Below are positions 1 to 9,305 of a stretch of DNA of 64,000 bases, one piece after another. This DNA is from an uncultured bacterium (lineage in GTDB: Bacteria; Armatimonadota; Abditibacteriia; Abditibacteriales; Abditibacteriaceae). The notes below the pieces were generated by a model that worked only from the letters and a program-made list of their open reading frames with translations, searched no databases and had not been told where the DNA came from. Every line of letters starts with the position of its first letter. Position 1 is the stretch's first letter. A program made the position numbers and the translations under genes. The stretch covers positions 2,926,375 to 2,990,374 of the forward strand of contig CAWJLW010000006.1 of the NCBI GenBank assembly GCA_963843795.1, read 5' to 3'.

Positions 1-986
1 GCCAGATCGCCGAAGCGCAAAGCTGGCTCGAGCGCGCGCGCCCATTGCCCGGGCCGGACGATTTGCGAGCGCACGTTTTACACGCCAGTGGGCGCATCGC
101 GTTCGTGCAAAGCGATGCGACGGCAACCGAGATGCTCCAAACGGCACTGCAACTTTTTCAGGCTACCGCGCAACGTGCGGAGGAAAATCGTGCCGCCATC
201 GCTTCATCGCTTTCGATGTTGGGTGTTATCGTATTGAATCGAGGCCATTTCAAAGATGCAGCGAGGTTTTTCGATCAACAATTAGCGGTCTGGCAGGTCA
301 GCGCAATTGAAGAGATTTCATCGCCAACCGAGGAGCAACAACACGGCATTGCCGCAGCGCTGGCGCAGCGCGGCAATTTGGCAGTCGCGCAGTGCGATTT
401 TGTCGCGGCTTTGCCAATTTTGCAGCAGGCAGCGACTCATTTTCGCGTTTTGCAAGACGATAACGGTTTGGCCTACGTTTTGGACGCGCTGGGCCAGATG
501 GCTTTGTTGCAAGGCGACCGCGAAAAAGCGCGCGCCCTGCTCGACCAGAGTTTGAAATTGTATCACGATGCAGAAGAAACGCTGTGGAGCATTCGCGCGC
601 TCTGGGGACGCGGCCATCTGGCACGCGACGAAGGCGATTTCGGCGCCGCACTGGGCTTTTACCGCGCAGGCATTAACACCGCTTGTCGCAACCGCAATCG
701 CATCAGCGTTCCGTATTTGCTCGAAGCCATTGGCGCGCTTGAAGTCGGGCGCGGCGATGCAGCGCGCGGCGCAATTTTACTGGGCGCAGCGCAAGCCCTA
801 CGCGATGAACTCGGCATGATCGTAATGCCGATATGGAAAGGCGATTATCAGCGCGCTTTATCCAGCGCACGCCAAATTCTGGGCGCAGCAGCTTTTGAAC
901 ACCACTGGTCGCAAGGCTTTTTCTGCGACTGGGAATATGCCGCCGCCCATGCGCTGAATGGAACTTCTTTTTTTAATTCAAGCTGA
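1..986 (+). CDS. C-terminal TPR region of a probable ATPase/TPR (AfsR/SARP- or LuxR-ATPase-type) regulator; 5' end outside window
   Basis: Frame is open from base 3 (QIAEAQSWLERARP...). Repeated TPR-like helices (AALAQRGNLA, AYVLDALGQMA, RALWGRGHLA) and the tail 'AARGAILLGAAQALRDELG...LGAAAFEHHWSQG' typical of this family. Confidence 0.65.
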   Translation, partial: QIAEAQSWLERARPLPGPDDLRAHVLHASGRIAFVQSDATATEMLQTALQLFQATAQRAEENRAAIASSLSMLGVIVLNRGHFKDAARFFDQQLAVWQVSAIEEISSPTEEQQHGIAAALAQRGNLAVAQCDFVAALPILQQAATHFRVLQDDNGLAYVLDALGQMALLQGDREKARALLDQSLKLYHDAEETLWSIRALWGRGHLARDEGDFGAALGFYRAGINTACRNRNRISVPYLLEAIGALEVGRGDAARGAILLGAAQALRDELGMIVMPIWKGDYQRALSSARQILGAAAFEHHWSQGFFCDWEYAAAHALNGTSFFNSS

Positions 987-1032
987 TTTCCTACTTCGCC
1001 CACTTTTCTATCTCGCCCGCTTTCTCGCTGTC

Positions 1033-1064
1033 GCCGTCCATCTCAATTGATGGGCGGTTTTTTT
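1033..1064 (+). terminator. Intrinsic terminator
   Basis: Stem CCGTCCATC/GATGGGCGG (one G-U) followed by a T7 run, just after the TPR gene. Confidence 0.75.
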
Positions 1065-1184
1065 AGCGGAAACTTTTCGCACATCACGATTTTGTGACGT
1101 TTCTGAGACGCACGGCTTTTAAGATGAAAAGCCGTGCTGCAAGTACTTGCAGCACCCCAAATCTACGTTTCGCTGGAGAACACG

Positions 1185-2975
1185 ATGAAAATCTCATGGA
1201 AAATTCTTCTGTGCGCCCTTATTATTGCGGGCACTGGCGCCTCCGCACGCGCGCAAGGCAACGTGCCGTTTCCCGGCGACACCACGCTAATGACGCGCGA
1301 TTTCGACCCGGCTCATCCCGGCCAAAGCCTGTTCAAGCCGGTTTTCAACGATCCCACTTTGCTGCGTCAGGTCGTCAACAGCGCATGGCAAGCGGGGCGC
1401 TCTTCGATTGCCGACAACATTAAAAACGATATGGGAGTAGGAAATTCGCTTGGCCCGGGCCTCACGCCGTATAACATCGCTGTCGAAATGGGACAACCGG
1501 GCGAACTCAGCGCCACGCCAGGCCATTACGCCGCCGGTTCGACGCTCGACATGATTTATGTAGTGAAAGGCAACTGGGTCGAATTTACTACCACGCAGCC
1601 AACTGCACTGGGCAAATGGGCCGACCCACGTTTTTCCTGCACCTACGATTTGACGCTGACGATTTCGATGTCGTTGGGCGATACGCCCGGCCCGCTGCAC
1701 ATGAAATCGGTGAAAGCTCAAGTCTCGAATGCCAAAATCGACTCGCATGGTTTGATTGCCGATTTGGTTTTCATCGCCAACGGCGTAGCGAAATTCTTCG
1801 GCACCAATTTCATCGCCAAAGCCGAGAACGCGCTTCAAGGCAAGAAATTCGATTTCACCGATAAAATGAACCAAAATTTAGTGCCTTTTAATGCTCTGCT
1901 GGCGAATTTCGTCGGTCAGGGTTATTCGCTGGCCGATGCGCTGCTCAACACGGCGCAGGCCCTGCCCGCCGGATTAGGCATCCGCTCGCTGCCGGGTGCG
2001 CAAAACGGCCCGCAACTGGTGATTTTCATGGACAGCAACAACAAGGTTCCGCTGACCGGCGATGGACAAATTACCGGCGCGATTCGCTGGAAAAAAGCAT
2101 GGGGGCAACCGCTGGCCGGACGCGACCGCAGTGGCCCCATCATCGCGCCCGGTTATGTAGGGCTGGGCCGCGTGAAAAACATTCATCCCTACGCCAAAGC
2201 GTTTCGCATTCGCGCCATCGCGCAGTCGGGCTTTGCGCGCGAGGGAACTTTCATGCCACCAATGAGCGAAGCCGGCACGCTGCAAAGCGTGACTTTGGAA
2301 CCGCCCACGCCCACGCGCGAAGGCAGCACGCCCGGCACCGGGGATGATTACGTGCTGCACTACACCATCGGCAAATTGCCGCTGGACGTGCCGCTCAAAG
2401 TCGAAGTCGCGCTCAACGATGTGCGCTGGGAAGGCGATGTCGGTGGCCAACAGCGCGCCATCGGCCCAGACAATTGGACGGGCACCATCACCCTGCGCAA
2501 ATCGCCATTTAATAGCGCAGCGGTTCTCCAAAATAGCACCACGCTCAACCCCAACATTTCAAGCGCTGCCAGAACCACCAAGGGCGCTGCGGGCAGTAAG
2601 GGCGAGGAGCGCGGAATTATCATCGTCAGCGGCAAAAATGGCGCTCCCGGCGACGAAACTTCGCTCAACCCACAACCGTTGCCGCCCAAATCTAATCCGA
2701 GCACTCCGGTCATCAAGCGACGCGCGACGCGCGCCGGCAGCAAAGAAAATTCTGGAATTCTGGCCCCGCCGCCGCGCATTCAACCGGGCACCACTACGCG
2801 AAACGCGCGCAGCGGTTACGACTTGGGTGCCACAGCAACCGCTACCGATAACGTCAATATAAGTGCAGCGATTCTCGCGGCCCAACTTCCCAAACCTCCG
2901 CGCGAAAATCCCAGCGGCATTCTCAGCGTTTCCGACATCGACTTCTCGATGGGCCTGATTACGCCACCGCGCTAA
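1185..2975 (+). CDS. Secreted hypothetical protein with Pro/Ser-rich C-terminal region
   Basis: ATG 1185 with GGAGAA RBS at 1175; signal peptide MKISWKILLCALIIAGTGASARA|Q; contains RGIIIVSGK and SLNPQPLPPK motifs. Confidence 0.7.
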   Translation: MKISWKILLCALIIAGTGASARAQGNVPFPGDTTLMTRDFDPAHPGQSLFKPVFNDPTLLRQVVNSAWQAGRSSIADNIKNDMGVGNSLGPGLTPYNIAVEMGQPGELSATPGHYAAGSTLDMIYVVKGNWVEFTTTQPTALGKWADPRFSCTYDLTLTISMSLGDTPGPLHMKSVKAQVSNAKIDSHGLIADLVFIANGVAKFFGTNFIAKAENALQGKKFDFTDKMNQNLVPFNALLANFVGQGYSLADALLNTAQALPAGLGIRSLPGAQNGPQLVIFMDSNNKVPLTGDGQITGAIRWKKAWGQPLAGRDRSGPIIAPGYVGLGRVKNIHPYAKAFRIRAIAQSGFAREGTFMPPMSEAGTLQSVTLEPPTPTREGSTPGTGDDYVLHYTIGKLPLDVPLKVEVALNDVRWEGDVGGQQRAIGPDNWTGTITLRKSPFNSAAVLQNSTTLNPNISSAARTTKGAAGSKGEERGIIIVSGKNGAPGDETSLNPQPLPPKSNPSTPVIKRRATRAGSKENSGILAPPPRIQPGTTTRNARSGYDLGATATATDNVNISAAILAAQLPKPPRENPSGILSVSDIDFSMGLITPPR

Positions 2976-3005
2976 CTTATGGCCCCAGCGAACGGAGAAC
3001 GAATT

Positions 3006-4064
3006 ATGAAACGTCGCGCAAAATTCGGCATTCGCCAACTTCTGTATTACTTGTGCTTATGGTTACTGAGTGGCATCAACAGCGCAAACGCTGCGGGTGC
3101 CGACCCCCAAGCGGCGGAAACCGCCATCAAGAGCGAGGCGTTTTCCAGTTTCATCGTGCAGCGCATTTACCAAAAATTGCTGAATCGCGATGTCAAGACA
3201 GACGAAGCCGCGCCCTTGGTCGCGCAGATGAAAAATGGTGACGAAGGCTGGCTGAAAGTGGTCACGAGCGTGGCCGCCTCACCAGCCTATTTTGCCCAAT
3301 CGGGCAATGCCAATCCGCAATTTGTGACCCGTTTGTTCGCCGATTTGGTGGGGCGTGCGCCCGACACTGAAGAAGAATTACCGGCTTCGATTGATTTTCT
3401 GCAAGATAATTCTCGCGCACAGTTGGCCGAGGTGCTGACCGATACCGATGAGTTTCGCGCCAATTTTGCGGGTATTTTTTATCAAGCGCTGCTCAATCGC
3501 GCTCCCAATGCCACCGAAGCCAACTCTGCTGCCGACCAATTGAAACAAGAAGGTTTGGGCGCTGTGGTTTCTGCGCTGTTGAGTTCAGCCGAATATTATC
3601 AAAAAAGCGGTGGCTCGCCCGAAAGCTGGCAAAACGCCATCAACCGCGACTTGAACGTGAACACAGGCTATAACAGCGACAACAATAGCCGCCCAGTTTC
3701 GCCGCCGCTTTCCGCGACTTTGCCAGTTAATGGCACCCGCGGGCCTTTGGTACAAGCATTACTGAGCAGCCCCGAATATCAAGCCGGTGTGGTGCAAAGT
3801 TTCTATCAAAAGTTTCTCCGCCGCGCCGCCACTCCCGCCGAAGTGCAGCAGGGTTTGGCCGCCTTGCAAGATGGTACAGCGGATTCTGTGCTGTTGATAA
3901 TTCTGACTTCGGACGAATACTTCAACCGCGCCGGTGGTACCACCAATGCTTTCCTGAGCCGCCTTTCGCAAGACTTGATCGCCAAATCTGGTGGCAAACG
4001 CGGACGGCCCTCAGCCCAGGATTTGCTCGATCTGCTACGCGATAAATCCAGATCACAGAAATGA
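3006..4064 (+). CDS. Secreted DUF4214-like repeat protein (surface/S-layer-associated type)
   Basis: Signal peptide; four repeats of 'V/F-x-x-Y-x-x-L-L-x-R-A-P/A...E' with 'LLSSAEY/LLSSPEY/ILTSDEY'; GGAGAA RBS at 2994. Confidence 0.7.
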   Translation: MKRRAKFGIRQLLYYLCLWLLSGINSANAAGADPQAAETAIKSEAFSSFIVQRIYQKLLNRDVKTDEAAPLVAQMKNGDEGWLKVVTSVAASPAYFAQSGNANPQFVTRLFADLVGRAPDTEEELPASIDFLQDNSRAQLAEVLTDTDEFRANFAGIFYQALLNRAPNATEANSAADQLKQEGLGAVVSALLSSAEYYQKSGGSPESWQNAINRDLNVNTGYNSDNNSRPVSPPLSATLPVNGTRGPLVQALLSSPEYQAGVVQSFYQKFLRRAATPAEVQQGLAALQDGTADSVLLIILTSDEYFNRAGGTTNAFLSRLSQDLIAKSGGKRGRPSAQDLLDLLRDKSRSQK

Positions 4065-4071
4065 GAGAGAA

Positions 4072-4101
4072 AAAGTCGCTGCAAGTACTTGCAGCGACTT
4101 T
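4072..4101. repeat. 30-bp perfect palindrome centred on GCAAGTACTTGC; probable bidirectional terminator
   Basis: AAAGTCGCTGCAAGT|ACTTGCAGCGACTTT between convergent genes. Confidence 0.9.
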
Positions 4102-7100
4102 CAATCGCTCCATTCTATCTCATCATCGCCGCGCAACGCTTGTCCACCATCCAACCAAACCGCAAACGTCGCCGCGCAATCATCGCGCGTGGAGCATTCG
4201 CGCAACAAACTATTCAATTCGCTCATATCGCGTTGAACACGACGGCGCGGCTTCAAGGCCTCGTCCAAACATTGCAAAGCCAACGGCGATAACGTCGCCA
4301 GCTTTGCCAATTCGCCATCCCATTGCAGCCAAATTTCGCTATCTTCTGAATTGGTACGCTGCAAACGTTCGCGCGTGGGCGCGTCTTGCAGCAGCGTTTG
4401 CAGACGAGCGCGCGTTTGCTCCAAAGCCGCGCTCAATTCTTCGGGCGCGCGCAAAACTAAACGCTGATTCCAACGCAAACGACACGAAGCGCAAACCGGT
4501 AAACCATTTAAAGAACCGTCGCGCGCACAACGTTTTTCCAGTTCGTCGTCCAACTGCGCACGCGCATTTTGCTCATCGCCAATCGTAAAATTCACGTTTT
4601 GCAACAAAGCTAGACGTTCGACAGCGCGCCAATCGTCGCGCGCGGCCAAACGCCTCAAGCTCGCCCAGCGCGCCGGATCGTGTTGCGCTTGATGCCACTG
4701 CGCGTATTGCGCGGCGTAGGCGCGACGCCACGCGGTGAAATCGGCACCCAAAGTTTCGTCGCGCAAACTGTCTTCGCCTTGCGCCAAACGCTCTAGTAGT
4801 TCTTGCCTCGCGTCTTGCAAATCGGGCGGCACAGTGAGCGCGTCGTGAGTGAGAAAGCCGTGGATTTCGACCAGAAGCGCGTGCCGGGCATCGAAGCGTT
4901 CGCGCCATTGATGCCATTCGTGCAGCGCGGTAAAAAACTGCGCATTAATGCGCGGCGCGACCTGGGCAAGTACTTGCAGCGCGCCGCCAGCGCTGTCGCA
5001 AGCCTGCAACACGCTTTCGGTTGTTTCCAACGAACTTTGCAAACGCGACCAGCGGGCATTGGGCGACGCATCGTTGCTGAGTTCCGTATTTTGTCCGCCG
5101 GTTTGACGACGCAACTGATGCCAGCGCGCGCGCATCAATTCACATTCGCCGCGCGCAGTGGTCGCCCATTCGCGGACGGCGACATACGCTTGTTGCTGCG
5201 ATTGAAAGTTTGGCGCGTCCGTAGTTTCCGCTTGTTCGGGCGCGACGATTTGCAGCAGACCTTGTACGCGCCGCCACGCTGGTTCATCCAACAAAGTGCC
5301 CTCGCGCAAGCTATGCACGCTGCGTCGCAAGGGTAAGCCAATTTCCAAAGCCGATAAGGCCGCGCCGCGCGCATCAACCGCCAACCATTGACCGCCACGC
5401 AGCAGGGCGCAAATCGCCAGTTGCATCTGCTCGGCCACCAAACCCCATTCGTTACGCGCAAACTGGTCATACAGCGCGTTCAAATTCAGCGCGCCATTTT
5501 CCTGCAAGGCAGCTTCCAAATCGCGGCGCAAGTCTTGATCCGGCAATGCAATCATCCAACGTCCGTCGCGTTCGCTGGCGACGCCTAAAGGTGCGGCTAA
5601 GTGGCGCACCAAACGTTCTAGCGAAGGCGCGAAAAATGGCGCCTGCGCGGGACGACGCAATATCTCCAAACCCAACTGATCGGCATTGCCTTGTGTAAGA
5701 ACTCGCGCGCGCGGAGCTACACGTTCAAAAAGCGGATACACGTTCGGCAACAGCCAATCGGCGACGGATTCCAATGTCGCACTCCAACTTTGTGCTGCAG
5801 TGAGTTCGCTGGCCTCCAATGCGCCGCCATCGCCGCTGATGAGTTCGCCTTCGCGCCATAAACGCTCCATAATTTGCGCTGTGCGCGCATCGTAAGCCGC
5901 GCCTTCGTTTTGCAAAATTCCCAGCACGGCACGACCGCGGCGATTATCTAATAATTGCGGATCGTCGGCTAACAAACGCGCGCCACAGGCTTCGCTCATC
6001 GCGCGCCATTCGTCATTAGTCGGGCGACGCGCCAGCCACAACGCCACGCGCGCTTTGTCGCGCGCTTCATCCGGCAAACGTTCGCGCAATTGATGGAAAA
6101 AATCGCGCGAAGTTTCTCCGTGCGCCAGCAAAAGCAAAACTTCATCGCGCGCGCCCGGCTGAATGGCTGAGGGCTGCGATAAAAGCGCAATCCGATTGAG
6201 CGTCCAGTCGCGTGCTGCGCTGTCGTCACCTTCGTGACCGGCGCGCCACAAAAGCGCTTGCACGCGGCGCGGCGCGTTGTGCCAGAAAATATCATACGAG
6301 CGCGCTTCTTCCAATTCGCGCAGTGGCAAAACTGCCTGGCGACAACAATCAATTGCATGACGCCAGACGCGCGCATCGTTTGGCGCGAAACTTTCCAACG
6401 TGTTTTGCAGCGCGCGCCGCGCCGCTTCGCCAGCGCGCACGCCAGCGTCAATTGTCCAGCGGTCGGCCCATTCGCCTTCGCGCCGCTCGACCGCCAAATG
6501 ACCGCCGCGCGTGCGCAAACGCTCGGCAAGTACTTGCGCCCACGCGTAATTGCCTTCGTCTGGCAAATGCGCATCTAAGGCAATCGTGTGCGCGATTTGT
6601 GTGGCATCTGGCGCGATGCCGGCGATTTTAAAAACTACCATCGCTTGCATTACGCGCCGCATCGCATTTTCATCGACCGCGCTTTGCGCGATATGCGCCA
6701 GCTCGGTTTCCCAACTGCGCCACACTTCGCCCAAGGCGCGCAATTCAGGATGCTCTTCCAATTCGCCGCGCAAATAATCAAACAATTCGCCGATGCCAAC
6801 GCGCGTATTGGCGGGTGCGGAAAGATCAATCGAACTGGCGCAGAAAATTGCTGCCGAGCGCGTGCGCGACAAAAAGCGCGCCACGCATTGTTCCAGCAGC
6901 GCAATAATCGGCGGATGAAACGGCACCAGTTGCCGCCATTCATCGCGTCCAAAATCCAAACGTGGCAAGGCATTTGACAGCGTTTCAAAAGTGGTGCGGC
7001 AAACGCGCGATATAGCTTCTTCATCCCGAATTTCGATTAAACGCCGCTCGACCAAAGCGGGAATATGCGCTGTGGCAAGCGGGAGGGTTTGAAAGCGGTC

Positions 7101-7919
7101 GCGGATTTGTTGCAGCGAGTACGTTTCAATGCCGCCAATATCTTCGACGGTTTTCTGCAAGGCGGCAAACACGCACAAACTCGGCCTGCAAGTACTTGCA
7201 ACGTCATTTTGTGGCGGACGCGCGCGCTGTCCCAAAAATTGCAGCCACGCCGCGTCGGCCTGCAAAGCGCGATGTTCGCGCGCTGCCAGAAACAACGATA
7301 ATTCGTCCCAACACACTAATAGCCCATCGAATTCGTGCGCGCTTAACGAGGCCTCGAGCGCAGAAAATTGTTCGCGCCGCGACAAATGCTCTTCAGCTTG
7401 CGGCGCGTCATCGTTGCATCCGGCACGCTTCCATTCCAGCGCCAGTTCGCGCCAGAAAATCGCCTCCAACGACCAACGCTCACCATCGTATTCGTCTAGC
7501 GCGATGTGCAACGCCAACTGCCGCCGATGGTGCAAACGCCCAACCAAAGGCGCGCAGTTGGGATTCGATAGCGCAAAGGCCCGCAAACCGCGCCGCTGCG
7601 CCAATAATCCCAACACGCCCAGAAAGTGACTCTTGCCCGCGCCAAAAACGCCATTGAGAAAAAACGCGCCGCCCGGTGCATGGGTCGCGTCGCCACACAA
7701 AGCGCGCAGAGCGCGTTGCAGAGCTTGCGAGGAAGCATCATCAACGCCGAGATAGCCACCAGTGAAACTCGAAACTTCGGCGCAATCAGCGTCGGTATTG
7801 GCGCGCGAAGCTTGGCGCAGGGCGCGAATATCGGCGGCCTGCACAACGACAGGAAAGTCGCGTACCGCGATGAGTTCGCCCAGCTTTTGATTATCGACAG
7901 CGGAAGGGGTGGAATTCAT
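4101..7919 (-). CDS. Large P-loop ATPase, DUF6079/BrxC(PglY)-like
   Basis: Walker A GVFGAGKSH, Walker B LLVCWDEL, 'QQIRDRFQ', long helical C-terminus with C-x11-C-x2-C; 1272 aa. Confidence 0.65.
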   Translation of the reverse strand: MNSTPSAVDNQKLGELIAVRDFPVVVQAADIRALRQASRANTDADCAEVSSFTGGYLGVDDASSQALQRALRALCGDATHAPGGAFFLNGVFGAGKSHFLGVLGLLAQRRGLRAFALSNPNCAPLVGRLHHRRQLALHIALDEYDGERWSLEAIFWRELALEWKRAGCNDDAPQAEEHLSRREQFSALEASLSAHEFDGLLVCWDELSLFLAAREHRALQADAAWLQFLGQRARPPQNDVASTCRPSLCVFAALQKTVEDIGGIETYSLQQIRDRFQTLPLATAHIPALVERRLIEIRDEEAISRVCRTTFETLSNALPRLDFGRDEWRQLVPFHPPIIALLEQCVARFLSRTRSAAIFCASSIDLSAPANTRVGIGELFDYLRGELEEHPELRALGEVWRSWETELAHIAQSAVDENAMRRVMQAMVVFKIAGIAPDATQIAHTIALDAHLPDEGNYAWAQVLAERLRTRGGHLAVERREGEWADRWTIDAGVRAGEAARRALQNTLESFAPNDARVWRHAIDCCRQAVLPLRELEEARSYDIFWHNAPRRVQALLWRAGHEGDDSAARDWTLNRIALLSQPSAIQPGARDEVLLLLAHGETSRDFFHQLRERLPDEARDKARVALWLARRPTNDEWRAMSEACGARLLADDPQLLDNRRGRAVLGILQNEGAAYDARTAQIMERLWREGELISGDGGALEASELTAAQSWSATLESVADWLLPNVYPLFERVAPRARVLTQGNADQLGLEILRRPAQAPFFAPSLERLVRHLAAPLGVASERDGRWMIALPDQDLRRDLEAALQENGALNLNALYDQFARNEWGLVAEQMQLAICALLRGGQWLAVDARGAALSALEIGLPLRRSVHSLREGTLLDEPAWRRVQGLLQIVAPEQAETTDAPNFQSQQQAYVAVREWATTARGECELMRARWHQLRRQTGGQNTELSNDASPNARWSRLQSSLETTESVLQACDSAGGALQVLAQVAPRINAQFFTALHEWHQWRERFDARHALLVEIHGFLTHDALTVPPDLQDARQELLERLAQGEDSLRDETLGADFTAWRRAYAAQYAQWHQAQHDPARWASLRRLAARDDWRAVERLALLQNVNFTIGDEQNARAQLDDELEKRCARDGSLNGLPVCASCRLRWNQRLVLRAPEELSAALEQTRARLQTLLQDAPTRERLQRTNSEDSEIWLQWDGELAKLATLSPLALQCLDEALKPRRRVQRDMSELNSLLRECSTRDDCAATFAVWLDGGQALRGDDEIEWSD

Positions 7920-8094
7920 GCGCGCAGTTTAAATCACCGTGCTCGCTTTCAGTAATGAACTTGTCAAGCGAACTTGGATTTTCCGTATTTGCGGCAGGAT
8001 GATTCACGCAGAATGAAAGGTTAATTAGATTGAATAAAACGTAGTTTTTTGCCCTCGCGGGCGATTTGGGTGAAAATAGCTGCGGTGATTTTTC

Positions 8095-9228
8095 ATTTCT
8101 TCTGCTAACCAATTTTCCACACTCGACAATTCACAACTCGATGTCGCGCGTTGGGCCGATTTCGTGGGCGCGTCGCCGCATGGCGATGTGCTGCAATGTT
8201 TGCAATGGGGCGAGGTCAAACGTCCCGATTGGCAACCGCTGCCAATCGCACTCAGCGAAAACGGGCAAATCGTGGCCAGCGCGCTTGTTCTGAAACGCAA
8301 CTTGCCGCGCGTGAAGCGTTCGATTTTTTATCTGCCGCGCGGCCCGATTCTCGATTGGGCGCGTCCAGAATTGTTTGACGCGCTGCTGCACCAACTGCAA
8401 GTACTTGCTCGACGTCATCGCGCGATTTTGCTAAAAATCGACCCCGCCGTCGCAATCAACACACCAACCGCGCCGCAAGTACTTGCATTGCTCAAACAAC
8501 ACAATTTCCAGCCTTCGCCAGATGCGAATAATGCGTTTGGCGGCACGCAACCGCGCTTCAACATGAAGTTGGATATTTCGGGCAGCGCGGATGAAGTCTT
8601 GGCGCGCTTTCATCAGAAATGGCGTTACAACGTGCGTCTGGCCAATCGCAAAGAAGTTGAAGTTGAAACTGTGACAAATCGTGAAAGCATCGCGGTTTTC
8701 CACGACTTGTATCGCATCACGGCGGAACGCGATGGTTTTACAGGACGGCCTTTATCGTATTTCGAGAAATTGTGGGATGCTTTGGTGCCGCCCGGTTTGG
8801 CGCAATTTTTCATCACGCGGCGCGAAGGCCACGCTTTGTCGGCGGCGATTTGTTTCGCGCTGGGCGAGCAATGCTGGTATGTTTATGGCGCGAGTAGCAA
8901 CGAAGATCGCAAGATGATGCCCAACCACGCGATGCAATGGGCAATGATGCAATGGGCGCGCGAACGCGGCTGCAAACTGTACGATTTTCGCGGTGTGCAT
9001 GATGTGCCCAAACCCGAAAACGCGGGCGCAGATTTCGACGTTTCGACTTTGGACACGGCGCAACTGATGGAATCGGAAGATGGATTGGTGCGCTTCAAAG
9101 CCGGTTTTGGCGCGCAATTGAGCGAATATGTGGGCGAATACGATTTGCCCTTACAGCGCAACTGGTATTGGCTGTGGACAAGCGCGCGCCCGCAATTGGT
9201 GCGCGCGTTGAAGAGGGCGCGGCGCTAA
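8095..9228 (+). CDS. FemAB/FemX-family peptidoglycan bridge aminoacyltransferase
   Basis: 'WADFV..SPHGDVLQ..WGEVK', 'YLPRGP', 'KWRYNVRLA', 'YDFRG', 'GLVRFKAGFG'. The ORF track starts at GTG 8164, but homology extends upstream to a probable ATT start at 8095. Confidence 0.85.
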   Translation: MSSANQFSTLDNSQLDVARWADFVGASPHGDVLQCLQWGEVKRPDWQPLPIALSENGQIVASALVLKRNLPRVKRSIFYLPRGPILDWARPELFDALLHQLQVLARRHRAILLKIDPAVAINTPTAPQVLALLKQHNFQPSPDANNAFGGTQPRFNMKLDISGSADEVLARFHQKWRYNVRLANRKEVEVETVTNRESIAVFHDLYRITAERDGFTGRPLSYFEKLWDALVPPGLAQFFITRREGHALSAAICFALGEQCWYVYGASSNEDRKMMPNHAMQWAMMQWARERGCKLYDFRGVHDVPKPENAGADFDVSTLDTAQLMESEDGLVRFKAGFGAQLSEYVGEYDLPLQRNWYWLWTSARPQLVRALKRARR

Positions 9229-9305
9229 CTGTTTATCAGCGAAACCATTCGCTGACACACGATAACAATACGCTGCAAGTACTCGCAGCACGTAAAAACT
9301 TAAAA

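Noticed and set aside
1134..1184. ORF-track N-terminal extensions containing QVLA/ASTC/KYL (1134, 21540, 21624, 25278; similarly 9168)
   Set aside because: They run through intergenic palindromes; downstream ATGs fit RBS, signal peptide or homology better.
4061..7955. Many overlapping Arg/Ala-rich ORFs antisense to or out of frame with real genes (here and throughout)
   Set aside because: Shadow ORFs of CG-rich coding DNA, with no motifs or RBS.
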